Assembly (NCBI GenBank): GCA_037137655.1
Contig: JBAXJX010000001.1
Location: 353,188 to 417,187, forward strand
Direction of reading: 5' to 3'
DNA length: 64,000 nt
Origin: Candidatus Falkowbacteria bacterium
Lineage (GTDB): Bacteria; Patescibacteriota; Patescibacteriia; Patescibacteriales; UBA12465
A model generated the notes under the pieces. It saw only the letters and a list, made by a program, of their open reading frames with translations. It was not told the DNA's origin and did no database searches. Shown here one piece after another: positions 1 to 7,915 of the stretch (position 1 is its first letter; every line of letters starts with the position of its first letter). The position numbers and the translations under genes are program-made.

Positions 1-1338
1 CAATTATCACATACTTTATATGTATTAGATGAACCAACAATTGGCTTGCATGAACGCGACACTGATCGCTTAATCGAAACCTTAAAAACTTTACGCGATA
101 AAAATAATACCGTCGTAATCGTAGAACATGACGAACGAACAATTTTAGAATCCGATTATCTAATTGATCTTGGACCATTAGCTGGTGTGCATGGTGGTGA
201 GGTAGTGGCCATGGGTGAAACTAAAAAATTATTAGCTGATGAAAATAATTCTTTTCCAAAATCATTAACCCTTAAATATTTAAACGGAAAAAAGGAAATC
301 GAAGTGCCGCGTCATCGTCGTCAGCAAAATCATGGTAGCTTGAAAATTGTTGGAGCACGCGCCAACAATTTAAAAAATGTAAATTTGGAAATTCCACTTG
401 GCCGCTTAGTTGGGATTAGTGGCGTTTCTGGTTCCGGCAAGTCATCCTTGCTATATGATGTGTTGTATAAAAATATTAATCACATCAAAAATAGCCGTGG
501 CGCACAAAGAAAATTAGTGGATGTTAAAGACATTAAAGGCACAGAATTCATCAATAAAATTGTAGTGATTGATCAATCACCAATTGGGCGTAGTCCGCGT
601 TCTAACCCTTCGACTTACACCGGTATTTTTACGCCAATTCGCGACTTCTTTGCTGCTTTACCAGAATCCAAAGAACGAGCCTACACAATATCAAGATTCT
701 CCTTTAATCGTCCTGGTGGGCGTTGTGAGGCCTGTGAGGGGGCTGGATTTAACCTAGTGGAAATGCATTTCTTACCAGCAGTATTAGTGGAATGTGAAGT
801 ATGTCGCGGAAAGCGCTTTAATCGCGAAACCTTGCAAGTTAAATATAAAAATCACAGCATCGCTGATGTGCTTAATTTAACGGTGGATGAGGGAATTGAT
901 TTATTTGCCGACAATTATCATATTGCTGATAAACTTAAAGTTTTAAAATCGGTTGGCTTGGGTTATCTAAAATTAGGTCAATCAGCCACCACACTTTCCG
1001 GTGGTGAAGCACAACGCATTAAAATTTCCAAAGAACTAAATTATTCTTACGGCCAAAAAACTCTATACCTCTTAGATGAGCCGACCACTGGTTTGCATTA
1101 TGAAGATATTAATATGTTACTGGTGGTCTTGAATAAATTAGTAGACAAAGGAAATTCCGCTTTAATTATTGAACACAACTTACATATGATTAAATCGATG
1201 GACTGGGTCATTGATCTTGGACCGGACGGCGGAGAAGCTGGTGGTAAAATTTTAGCCAGCGGTGAACCAGAAGATATTGTGCGTGAAGAAAATAGTTTAA
1301 CCGGAAAATATCTTAAACCATACTTGGAGAAAAAATAA
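1..1338 (+). CDS. uvrA: Excinuclease ABC subunit A, C-terminal part (5' end outside window)
   Basis: Frame 1 is open from base 1 (QLSHTLYVLDEPTIGLHERD, Walker B of the first ABC module). Also Walker A GVSGSGKSS, zinc finger CEACEGAG..CEVCRGKR, signature LSGGEAQR and second Walker B LYLLDEPTTGLH. Confidence 0.95.
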   Translation, partial: QLSHTLYVLDEPTIGLHERDTDRLIETLKTLRDKNNTVVIVEHDERTILESDYLIDLGPLAGVHGGEVVAMGETKKLLADENNSFPKSLTLKYLNGKKEIEVPRHRRQQNHGSLKIVGARANNLKNVNLEIPLGRLVGISGVSGSGKSSLLYDVLYKNINHIKNSRGAQRKLVDVKDIKGTEFINKIVVIDQSPIGRSPRSNPSTYTGIFTPIRDFFAALPESKERAYTISRFSFNRPGGRCEACEGAGFNLVEMHFLPAVLVECEVCRGKRFNRETLQVKYKNHSIADVLNLTVDEGIDLFADNYHIADKLKVLKSVGLGYLKLGQSATTLSGGEAQRIKISKELNYSYGQKTLYLLDEPTTGLHYEDINMLLVVLNKLVDKGNSALIIEHNLHMIKSMDWVIDLGPDGGEAGGKILASGEPEDIVREENSLTGKYLKPYLEKK

Positions 1339-1344
1339 TTTTAT

Positions 1345-2508
1345 ATGAATATTACCCTAAAAGATAAGGTGAAAAATATTCCTCATGAACCGGGGGTGTA
1401 TTTTTGGTTGGATCAAAACGGGGAAATACTTTACATTGGTCGTGCCACCAACCTACATCAACGCACCGGACAATACTTACAAAAAAATATTAGCACCCGC
1501 ATCGCCGAGATGATTAGCTTGGCGTGTGATGTAAAATACCAAACTACTGAAAGTTTACTGGAAGCTATTATCTTGGAAGCTAATTTAATAAAAAAACATT
1601 GGCCCAAATATAACGTTAAGGATCGCGATGACCGATCATTCGTTTACATTGTCATTAGTAAAGGTGATTATCCTAAGCCGATTATTATTCGGGGGCAAGA
1701 TTTAAAAAAAATCCCTTTAAAAGATGCAAAGGTTTTTGGACCATATCAATCATTAACTTTAGCTCAAGCCGCACTGCGTATTATTCGGCGCATTTTTCCG
1801 TACAGCACTTGTGTGGCTCATAGCGGCCGCGCTTGTTTTGATTATCAAATTGGCTTATGTCCCGGAGTCTGTTTAGGTATAATCAATAAAAAAGATTATC
1901 AAAAAAATATTAATAATATAATTTTATTACTTGGCGGTAAGAAAGAAAAATTATTAGCCAACTTAATAAAAAATAATCCTGACAAAGCTAAAGCCCTGCA
2001 ACACATCCAAGATGTAACTTTATTAGTGGAAGAAAAAAATGTGTCCGAGGAGAATATAAAAAGAATTGAAGGCTATGATATTTCTCACTTAGCCGGTAAA
2101 GAAACTTATGGTTCAATGGTGGTTTTTAGTAACAACCAACCTGACAAGAATGAATATCGTTTATTTAAAATCAAAGACGCACCGGCCGGTGATGACGAAC
2201 GTGCTCTAAGTGAAATGCTTTTACGGCGCTTGGCTCACCATGAATGGCCCCAACCGGATTTAATTATGATTGATGGCGGTGGACCACAAATTGATTTCAT
2301 CCAAAAATTGTTTAACAATCATGATGTTAAAATACCTTTCGTGGGAATTTCGAAATATGCTGGTGATAAATTAGTTTTTCCTGATGGCACTAAAAAAAAT
2401 TCTAAAGATTTAATGGAAAATATTAAACCAGTTTTAATTAAAGTGCGAGAAGAAGCTCATCGTTTTGTAATTTCAGCTGGACGACGAGCTCGTCAAATAA
2501 AAAAATAA
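1345..2508 (+). CDS. uvrC: UvrC-like excinuclease subunit, short form (387 aa)
   Basis: GIY-YIG motif (GVYFWLDQNGEILYIGRATNL). Cys cluster CVAHSGRACFDYQIGLCPGVC. UvrC endonuclease core RIEGYDISHLAGKETYGSMVVF..IMIDGGGPQI. Starts 6 nt after uvrA. No C-terminal helix-hairpin-helix region. Confidence 0.8.
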   Translation: MNITLKDKVKNIPHEPGVYFWLDQNGEILYIGRATNLHQRTGQYLQKNISTRIAEMISLACDVKYQTTESLLEAIILEANLIKKHWPKYNVKDRDDRSFVYIVISKGDYPKPIIIRGQDLKKIPLKDAKVFGPYQSLTLAQAALRIIRRIFPYSTCVAHSGRACFDYQIGLCPGVCLGIINKKDYQKNINNIILLLGGKKEKLLANLIKNNPDKAKALQHIQDVTLLVEEKNVSEENIKRIEGYDISHLAGKETYGSMVVFSNNQPDKNEYRLFKIKDAPAGDDERALSEMLLRRLAHHEWPQPDLIMIDGGGPQIDFIQKLFNNHDVKIPFVGISKYAGDKLVFPDGTKKNSKDLMENIKPVLIKVREEAHRFVISAGRRARQIKK

Positions 2509-2590
2509 AATTATTTTAAAAAAAAACTCTTGGCGATAATAAAAAAATTTGCTATAATAAATTTATCAATAATAAATTATAAAAAAAATT

Positions 2591-2980
2591 ATGGCAGAGA
2601 CAGTGAAAAAATTTTATCGCTCACGCGACGAAAGAATTATATTTGGCGTTTGTGGTGGCTTATCAGAATATTTTAATGTCGACGTCTCAATTATCAGAGT
2701 AATTTTTATATTATTAGCTCTAACCGGTACGATTGGTTTTTGGTTGTATCTTTTTTTAACTATTATAGCACCACTTAAACCGGTCGCCGGAAAAGAAGAA
2801 ATTATTTCAAAAAACAAAAACAAACAATCACGCGAATTATTCGGATTATTACTTTTATGCTTAGGCGTGGTTATAATTTTACAGAAACTATTAAACTTCT
2901 GGTTTGACTGGAGTTTATTTATGTCGGTTATTATTGTATTCTTGGGTGTTTATTTGCTTGTTAAAAATAATAAAAAATAA
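2591..2980 (+). CDS. PspC-domain membrane protein
   Basis: N-terminal YRSRDERIIFGVCGGLSEYFNVDVSIIRVIFILLAL is a typical PspC domain. Followed by 2-3 TM helices. Confidence 0.75.
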   Translation: MAETVKKFYRSRDERIIFGVCGGLSEYFNVDVSIIRVIFILLALTGTIGFWLYLFLTIIAPLKPVAGKEEIISKNKNKQSRELFGLLLLCLGVVIILQKLLNFWFDWSLFMSVIIVFLGVYLLVKNNKK

Positions 2981-3001
2981 AAATAACATATTAAAAAAAC
3001 T

Positions 3002-3985
3002 ATGCCTATCAAACCTGTCAAAAAAACAGTTGCAAAAAAACCAGCTGTTAAAAAAACTCCACTCGTTAAAGAAGTCAAAAAAACAGTTGCAAAAAAACCA
3101 GCTGTTAAAAAAACTGTAATTAAAAAAGCCGCTCCCTTGAAAAGCGCTATGCCAGAGTTTATGGTTCCGGTGGCTGTAAAAAAGACAATTAGTAATGAGG
3201 TGAATAGAGTTTTGACACCAGCGCCACAAGAAAAAATTAATACAATCAAATCCGACACAATGAGTTGTGAAAAAGATGGTGATGATTGTGCTTGTTGCGG
3301 TCATGAGAATAAACATAGTTTTAGCCGTGCCATCATTGGATTGGCTTTGATTATTTTTGGTTTGATATATTTAGGAAAGAATCTTGGTATTTTACCATTC
3401 TTTATAAATTTAAACTTACTAAACTTTTGGCCATTAATCTTGATACTTATTGGTTTTTTCATGGTTAATAAAAAAGCTAAATTATCAATTCTAACAGGTG
3501 TTGTTGGAGCAGCTACTTTTGCGCTCATTATTTTCTTTATAATGCTTTACGCCGATTCTAATCTTAAATCAGATTCCGAAGCTTTATCCCCAACAACACT
3601 CGTTCCACATATTCAAAAAAATATTGAGGCTGAAAAAGCGGCAAGTGATAATATTGAAAGTAGTAGTACAATCGAGCTAAGCAATATCATTGCTAATCAA
3701 GTTGTTAGTGCTAGTCCGTTACACGTTGAAGGTAATGCGCCTGGCGCTTGGTTTTTTGAAGCCTCCTTTCCGATTAAAATCGTTGATGAAAATCTTAACG
3801 AACTTGGCCAAGGTCAAGCTAAGGCAATCGGTGATTGGGCAACTAGCAGTTTAGTTAAATTTACTGCCGATATTACTTATAAGAAATCAAGTTCAACTAA
3901 AGCTGAGATTATCTTTGCTAAAGATAATCCATCAGGATTGGAAAAAAATTACGAGAAATTCACAATCCCAGTGGAATTAAAATAG
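3002..3985 (+). CDS. Membrane protein: Lys-rich repeat N-terminus, Cys cluster, LiaF-like TM region, Gmad2-like C-terminal domain
   Basis: VKKTVAKKPAVKKT occurs twice. Cys cluster CEKDGDDCACCGH. Three or four TM helices. The C-terminus (SPLHVEGNAPGAWFFEASFPIKIVDENLNELGQG) resembles Gmad2 Ig-like domains, from memory. Confidence 0.5.
   Translation: MPIKPVKKTVAKKPAVKKTPLVKEVKKTVAKKPAVKKTVIKKAAPLKSAMPEFMVPVAVKKTISNEVNRVLTPAPQEKINTIKSDTMSCEKDGDDCACCGHENKHSFSRAIIGLALIIFGLIYLGKNLGILPFFINLNLLNFWPLILILIGFFMVNKKAKLSILTGVVGAATFALIIFFIMLYADSNLKSDSEALSPTTLVPHIQKNIEAEKAASDNIESSSTIELSNIIANQVVSASPLHVEGNAPGAWFFEASFPIKIVDENLNELGQGQAKAIGDWATSSLVKFTADITYKKSSSTKAEIIFAKDNPSGLEKNYEKFTIPVELK
3017..3115 (+). repeat. 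Perfect 42-nt direct repeat (3017-3058 and 3074-3115) inside a CDS
   Basis: gtcaaaaaaacagttgcaaaaaaaccagctgttaaaaaaact occurs twice, 57 nt apart and in frame. It encodes VKKTVAKKPAVKKT. Confidence 0.9.
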
Positions 3986-3998
3986 TAAACCATAATGC

Positions 3999-4394
3999 AT
4001 GTTTAAAAAATTATTAAAAAGTTTTGCTTTCTGGAAATACCTAACCAATTTTTGGACGATTTCTTATTTTGTTTTTATAGTTATTGATTTCTTACTTAAT
4101 AATGAATGGGAACAATATTTAGATATTTTAGGTTTTATCTATATCGGTGTTTTAGCTATATATGTTGGTAATAAAGAATTCGAGCGCTGGTACCATAAAC
4201 ATCTTGCGAAGCATCCTGGTGAAACTTTCGTTCTTGTTTGGACAGCATTAATCTTCATTCTATTGTTAGCCACTATCATAACTAAAAAACCATACAAGAT
4301 TCCAAGTGTTGTTATATCGTCTTATGTAGCAGTCTTAACCATCCTGGCTATTACTGAAAAATCAAAATCATTATTTCGCAATAAAAACAAATAA
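3999..4394 (+). CDS. Small integral membrane protein, unknown function
   Basis: 131-aa ORF with about 4 predicted TM helices. Tightly follows the preceding gene. Confidence 0.5.
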   Translation: MFKKLLKSFAFWKYLTNFWTISYFVFIVIDFLLNNEWEQYLDILGFIYIGVLAIYVGNKEFERWYHKHLAKHPGETFVLVWTALIFILLLATIITKKPYKIPSVVISSYVAVLTILAITEKSKSLFRNKNK

Positions 4395-4403
4395 ACTCAA
4401 AAT

Positions 4404-4436
4404 AAAAAACGACTCAATCATTGAGTCGTTTTTTTG
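4404..4436. terminator. Bidirectional rho-independent terminator between convergent genes
   Basis: aaaaaacgactcaatcattgagtcgttttttt: 9-bp stem with an A-run on one side and a T-run on the other. Confidence 0.7.
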
Positions 4437-4449
4437 TCCCATTGCCAAA

Positions 4450-5124
4450 TTATTTTTTCAAATCCATTTTATAGCCATGACCAGAAATATTATAAATAAG
4501 ATTTGAGCGTTTATTAATATTAATCTTTTTCCGAAGCTTTAAAATATGTGACTCGACGGTATTAGAGAAGGGATCAACTTCCATTTCCCAAACATGCTCC
4601 ATAATCATAGCGCGCGACATCGGCTTACCTTGATTTTGTAATAAATATTTAAGCAAACAAAATTCCTTTTTTGTTAAATATATTTCTTTATTACCGCGCC
4701 AAACTTTATGTCGAGCGTCATCAATAATTAAATCACCAATAGAAGTTATTGGAGCCTCAATCTTGCCGGGGCGACGAAGTAGGGCGCGAACTCGAGCTAA
4801 TAACTCTTCAAAGACAAATGGCTTGCCAAGGTAATCATCAACTCCAATTTCAAAAGCCTTAAGTTTATCGTGCATTTCCGCATTAACGGTTAACATGATT
4901 ATAGGCATGGTTTTACCATCAGCCCGAATTTCTCGGACCACCTCATCACCATTTTGAGTGGGCAGGGAATAATCAACAATAATCAAATCGTACTCATTGG
5001 TGCGCGCTAAAAAAGAACCTTTAGCACCATCAATACATTCGTCAACCACAAAAAACTCTGACTCCAAGCTCATTTTTAAAAACTTACTAATGTCGAGATC
5101 GTCCTCAATGATTAGAATTTTCAT
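4450..5124 (-). CDS. OmpR/PhoB-family DNA-binding response regulator
   Basis: MKILIIEDDLD receiver start, phospho-acceptor IIVDYSLP, winged-helix C-terminus (LTKKEFCLLKYLLQN..GHGYKM). I chose the internal ATG at 5122-5124. The track ORF runs to 5250 through a hydrophobic junk extension. Confidence 0.9.
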   Translation of the reverse strand: MKILIIEDDLDISKFLKMSLESEFFVVDECIDGAKGSFLARTNEYDLIIVDYSLPTQNGDEVVREIRADGKTMPIIMLTVNAEMHDKLKAFEIGVDDYLGKPFVFEELLARVRALLRRPGKIEAPITSIGDLIIDDARHKVWRGNKEIYLTKKEFCLLKYLLQNQGKPMSRAMIMEHVWEMEVDPFSNTVESHILKLRKKININKRSNLIYNISGHGYKMDLKK

Positions 5125-5250
5125 AGCGATTTTTGTTAATAATAAATAATAACAAATTATAATAAAAAGTAAATAACTTTTTTCTAAACTTGAGTCTAAT
5201 AAAAAAACCCTCGATTTTATGAGGGTTTTTGAGATGTTTTTGTCTAGCAA

Positions 5251-5745
5251 TTAATGTTTGCCGACTTTTGTTTTGGAATTAGTTATTTTTTCCACAACGA
5301 CGTTAGCCTTGGCCATATTTTGCAAGTCCATTTCGTCGATTTCGTCTTGCGGAATAATACCGGAAAATTCAGTTGTAACTAGTCGTTTAATATCATCTTC
5401 GGCTACTTGTTGTTTGACGAAGGGATATTTTTTAATTTTAGAATTTAACCACCCAATAACTTGTTTTAAGTTTTGGGGGGAATTAAAATACTTAATTACT
5501 TGACTGGCAAAATTTGAATCTTTTTCCTCAGCACTATTGTAAAGGAATTTGCTTTCAGCTGGAATCAGCTTTGATTTACCATTATAATCCAAGTACCAAA
5601 CTATTGCTTTTTGTGTAATATAGTCTTTCCAGCTTAGACCGGGAAACCATTTACTTATACTTGGCTCTGGTGTTTCTTGAGCCGAAACCATATTTGTACT
5701 TATCAAACTAATGACAAGTAAACTAATTATAAAAGAACTTTTCAT
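5251..5745 (-). CDS. Secreted hypothetical protein
   Basis: ATG at 5743-5745 is preceded by GGAGGT. Signal peptide MKSSFIISLLVISLISTNMVSA. No recognisable family. Confidence 0.55.
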   Translation of the reverse strand: MKSSFIISLLVISLISTNMVSAQETPEPSISKWFPGLSWKDYITQKAIVWYLDYNGKSKLIPAESKFLYNSAEEKDSNFASQVIKYFNSPQNLKQVIGWLNSKIKKYPFVKQQVAEDDIKRLVTTEFSGIIPQDEIDEMDLQNMAKANVVVEKITNSKTKVGKH

Positions 5746-5821
5746 GATAACCTCCAATTTTAGTGAATAAACTATATTAACACTATAATTACAATTTGTC
5801 AAGATATCAGCGGTTTATAAA

Positions 5822-5850
5822 TTGACAATGCTTAAATTTTATGCTATTAT
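5822..5850 (+). promoter_or_regulatory. Sigma70-type promoter; the transcript is probably leaderless
   Basis: TTGACA (5822-5827), 17-nt spacer ending in TGc, TATTAT (5845-5850). The ATG at 5857 lies 6 nt after the -10 and has no Shine-Dalgarno. Confidence 0.6.
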
Positions 5851-5856
5851 AGCTTT

Positions 5857-7899
5857 ATGAACAAAATTACAAAAATCATCACAATCATATCTTTTTTGAC
5901 TTTATTGTTACCGCTCTCGGCTAATGCTGAATCTTTAGCTATAAGTCCAAAAAATCCCCGCCTAGCCAATTATTTTTTGAAATGGACGATTGAGGATAAT
6001 GAAGTAGCTCAACTCGCTAAATGGGACGTTTTAATCTTGGATATGGATGTCCAGGAGAATAGCCGGGCTAATCTTCAAAAAATTAGACAATTAAACCCAA
6101 AAATAAAAATCCTAGCTTATATTGGATCACAAGAAGCTAATGCTGATATCTACTCTAACCAATGGGCAAAATACGGTGTTCTAAAAAAACGCTTAGTTGA
6201 TAATATTCCGGATGGTTGGTGGATGAAAGATTCGAGTGGTGCTCGAGTATCATTTTGGCCAGGGAACTACCTTTTAAACGTTTCAGATGGTTGTTTAACT
6301 AATACTAGTGGCCAACGCTGGAATGATTATTTACCTCAATTCGTCAGCAGTCAAATCTTAAGCACTGGCTTATGGGACGGTGTCTTTTATGATAGTCTTT
6401 GGGGCGATGTCACTTGGTTTAAACGTAATTTAGATATTGATAATAATAAAAATATCAGCAGCGAGGCTGATATAAATAATAAATGGTCATCTGGCATGAA
6501 AGAAATTATTGCCAAAACCAGAGATATTAACGCCGGTAAAAATTATATTATTCTTGGTAACGCTAACGTTTTCTTTCCATATCAAAGCAACTTAAATGGC
6601 ATGATGCTAGAAGGCTTTCCAAGCGCCTGGGAAGCTGGTGGTACTTGGTCCGGTTCGATGACCACTTATGCCAAACTTGGAAAAATTAATCTTGATCCTA
6701 AAATTACTATTTTAAATAGCTTCAACAAGAATCAAAATGACTTTGCTAAAATGCGTTTTGGCTTAGCTAGCACCTTACTCGATGATCATGGCTACTACAG
6801 TTATGATTATGATGTTAGTAATCATGGCCAATTATGGTGGTATGACGAGTATGATGTTAGTTTGGGTAATCCAACACTTCCAGCTTATAACGTTTTAGAT
6901 AAAACCAATACGACCTATAAACCTGGTCTATGGCGCCGTGATTATGAGAATGGTATTGTCATCGTAAACTCAACTAAGGACTTACAACGTTACATATTTA
7001 CAAAAGAAGAATTTGAAAAAATAAACGGTACCCAAGATCGCAGCGTTAACAATGGCACAATTATTAACTATATAAAAATAAACCCTGGTGACGGCATAGT
7101 ATTACTGCGCCGAAAATCTGACATAGTTAACACCAGTTTTTACAATGGTAATTTCGTTAGAGTTTTTAACTATTCTGGCCAACAAGTCCGCAATGGTTTT
7201 TTCTCATACTTAGATAGCTTCCCGGGCGGCAACCAAATCATTAAAGCCAATATTGACGGTGACAAGAGCTTGGAATATTTAAGTGATAGTCAAGGTAAAA
7301 TTTTATTAACCAAGGACGGAAAAAGAGTTAAAAATTTTGAACCATACGGAAAACTATATAAAGGTAATATTTTCATGGCCATTTCCGACTTTGATAATAA
7401 TGGAAAATATGAGATAATTAGTGGAACTGGAAAGGGTGGTAGCTCACAAGTAGTCGTTATGGGAAGTGACGGAAAAATCATTAACAGCTTCTTTGCTTAC
7501 GACAAAAAATTTAAAGGTGGTGTTAGTGTGGCGAGTGGTAATATTGGCGGTGACAGTAAAAAAGAAATTGTGACTGGTGCCGGCCCAGGTGGCGGTCCAG
7601 AAATTAGAATTTTCAGTCAAACTGGTCAACTTTTTTCCAAATTCATGGCTTACGACAAAAACTTTAAAGGTGGCGTTAGCGTGGCCGTTGGTGATGTTAA
7701 CGGTGATGGTCAAAATGAAATTGTGACTGGCGCAGGCGCAGGCGGTGGTCCAGAAGTTAGAATTTTTGATAAGAACGGAAAATTACTGAAAAAATTCATG
7801 GCCTATGATGCTAATATTAAAACTGGAGTCAAGGTTAGCGTTGAAGATATTGATAACAATGGAACTCAAGAAATTTTAGTAAGCTCAGCTAATTTCTAA
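5857..7899 (+). CDS. Secreted protein: GH114-like TIM-barrel glycosidase-like domain plus C-terminal FG-GAP/VCBS repeats
   Basis: Signal peptide. N-terminal motifs WDVLILDMD, KILAYIGSQE, WDGVFYDSLWGD resemble GH114/GHL-type hydrolases (from memory, weak). The C-terminus has four or more repeats of FxAYDxxFKGGVSVAxGDxxGDxxxEIVTGAGxGGGPExRIF. Confidence 0.55.
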   Translation: MNKITKIITIISFLTLLLPLSANAESLAISPKNPRLANYFLKWTIEDNEVAQLAKWDVLILDMDVQENSRANLQKIRQLNPKIKILAYIGSQEANADIYSNQWAKYGVLKKRLVDNIPDGWWMKDSSGARVSFWPGNYLLNVSDGCLTNTSGQRWNDYLPQFVSSQILSTGLWDGVFYDSLWGDVTWFKRNLDIDNNKNISSEADINNKWSSGMKEIIAKTRDINAGKNYIILGNANVFFPYQSNLNGMMLEGFPSAWEAGGTWSGSMTTYAKLGKINLDPKITILNSFNKNQNDFAKMRFGLASTLLDDHGYYSYDYDVSNHGQLWWYDEYDVSLGNPTLPAYNVLDKTNTTYKPGLWRRDYENGIVIVNSTKDLQRYIFTKEEFEKINGTQDRSVNNGTIINYIKINPGDGIVLLRRKSDIVNTSFYNGNFVRVFNYSGQQVRNGFFSYLDSFPGGNQIIKANIDGDKSLEYLSDSQGKILLTKDGKRVKNFEPYGKLYKGNIFMAISDFDNNGKYEIISGTGKGGSSQVVVMGSDGKIINSFFAYDKKFKGGVSVASGNIGGDSKKEIVTGAGPGGGPEIRIFSQTGQLFSKFMAYDKNFKGGVSVAVGDVNGDGQNEIVTGAGAGGGPEVRIFDKNGKLLKKFMAYDANIKTGVKVSVEDIDNNGTQEILVSSANF

Positions 7900-7915
7900 A
7901 ATAAAATATAAAAAT

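Noticed and set aside
3017-3115. Perfect 42-nt direct repeat with a 15-nt spacer, checked as a possible mini-CRISPR or att site.
   Set aside because: Only two copies. They are in frame within a CDS, encode a duplicated peptide and have no cas genes nearby. This is a coding tandem duplication.
2614-3316. Antisense and alternate-frame ORFs (2614-2823-, 2904-3119+, 2915-3316-, 2950-3258-) around the Lys-rich gene.
   Set aside because: They are shadows of the AAA/GTT-rich repeat coding region. They have no start context, and the sense ORFs carry recognisable PspC and TM features.
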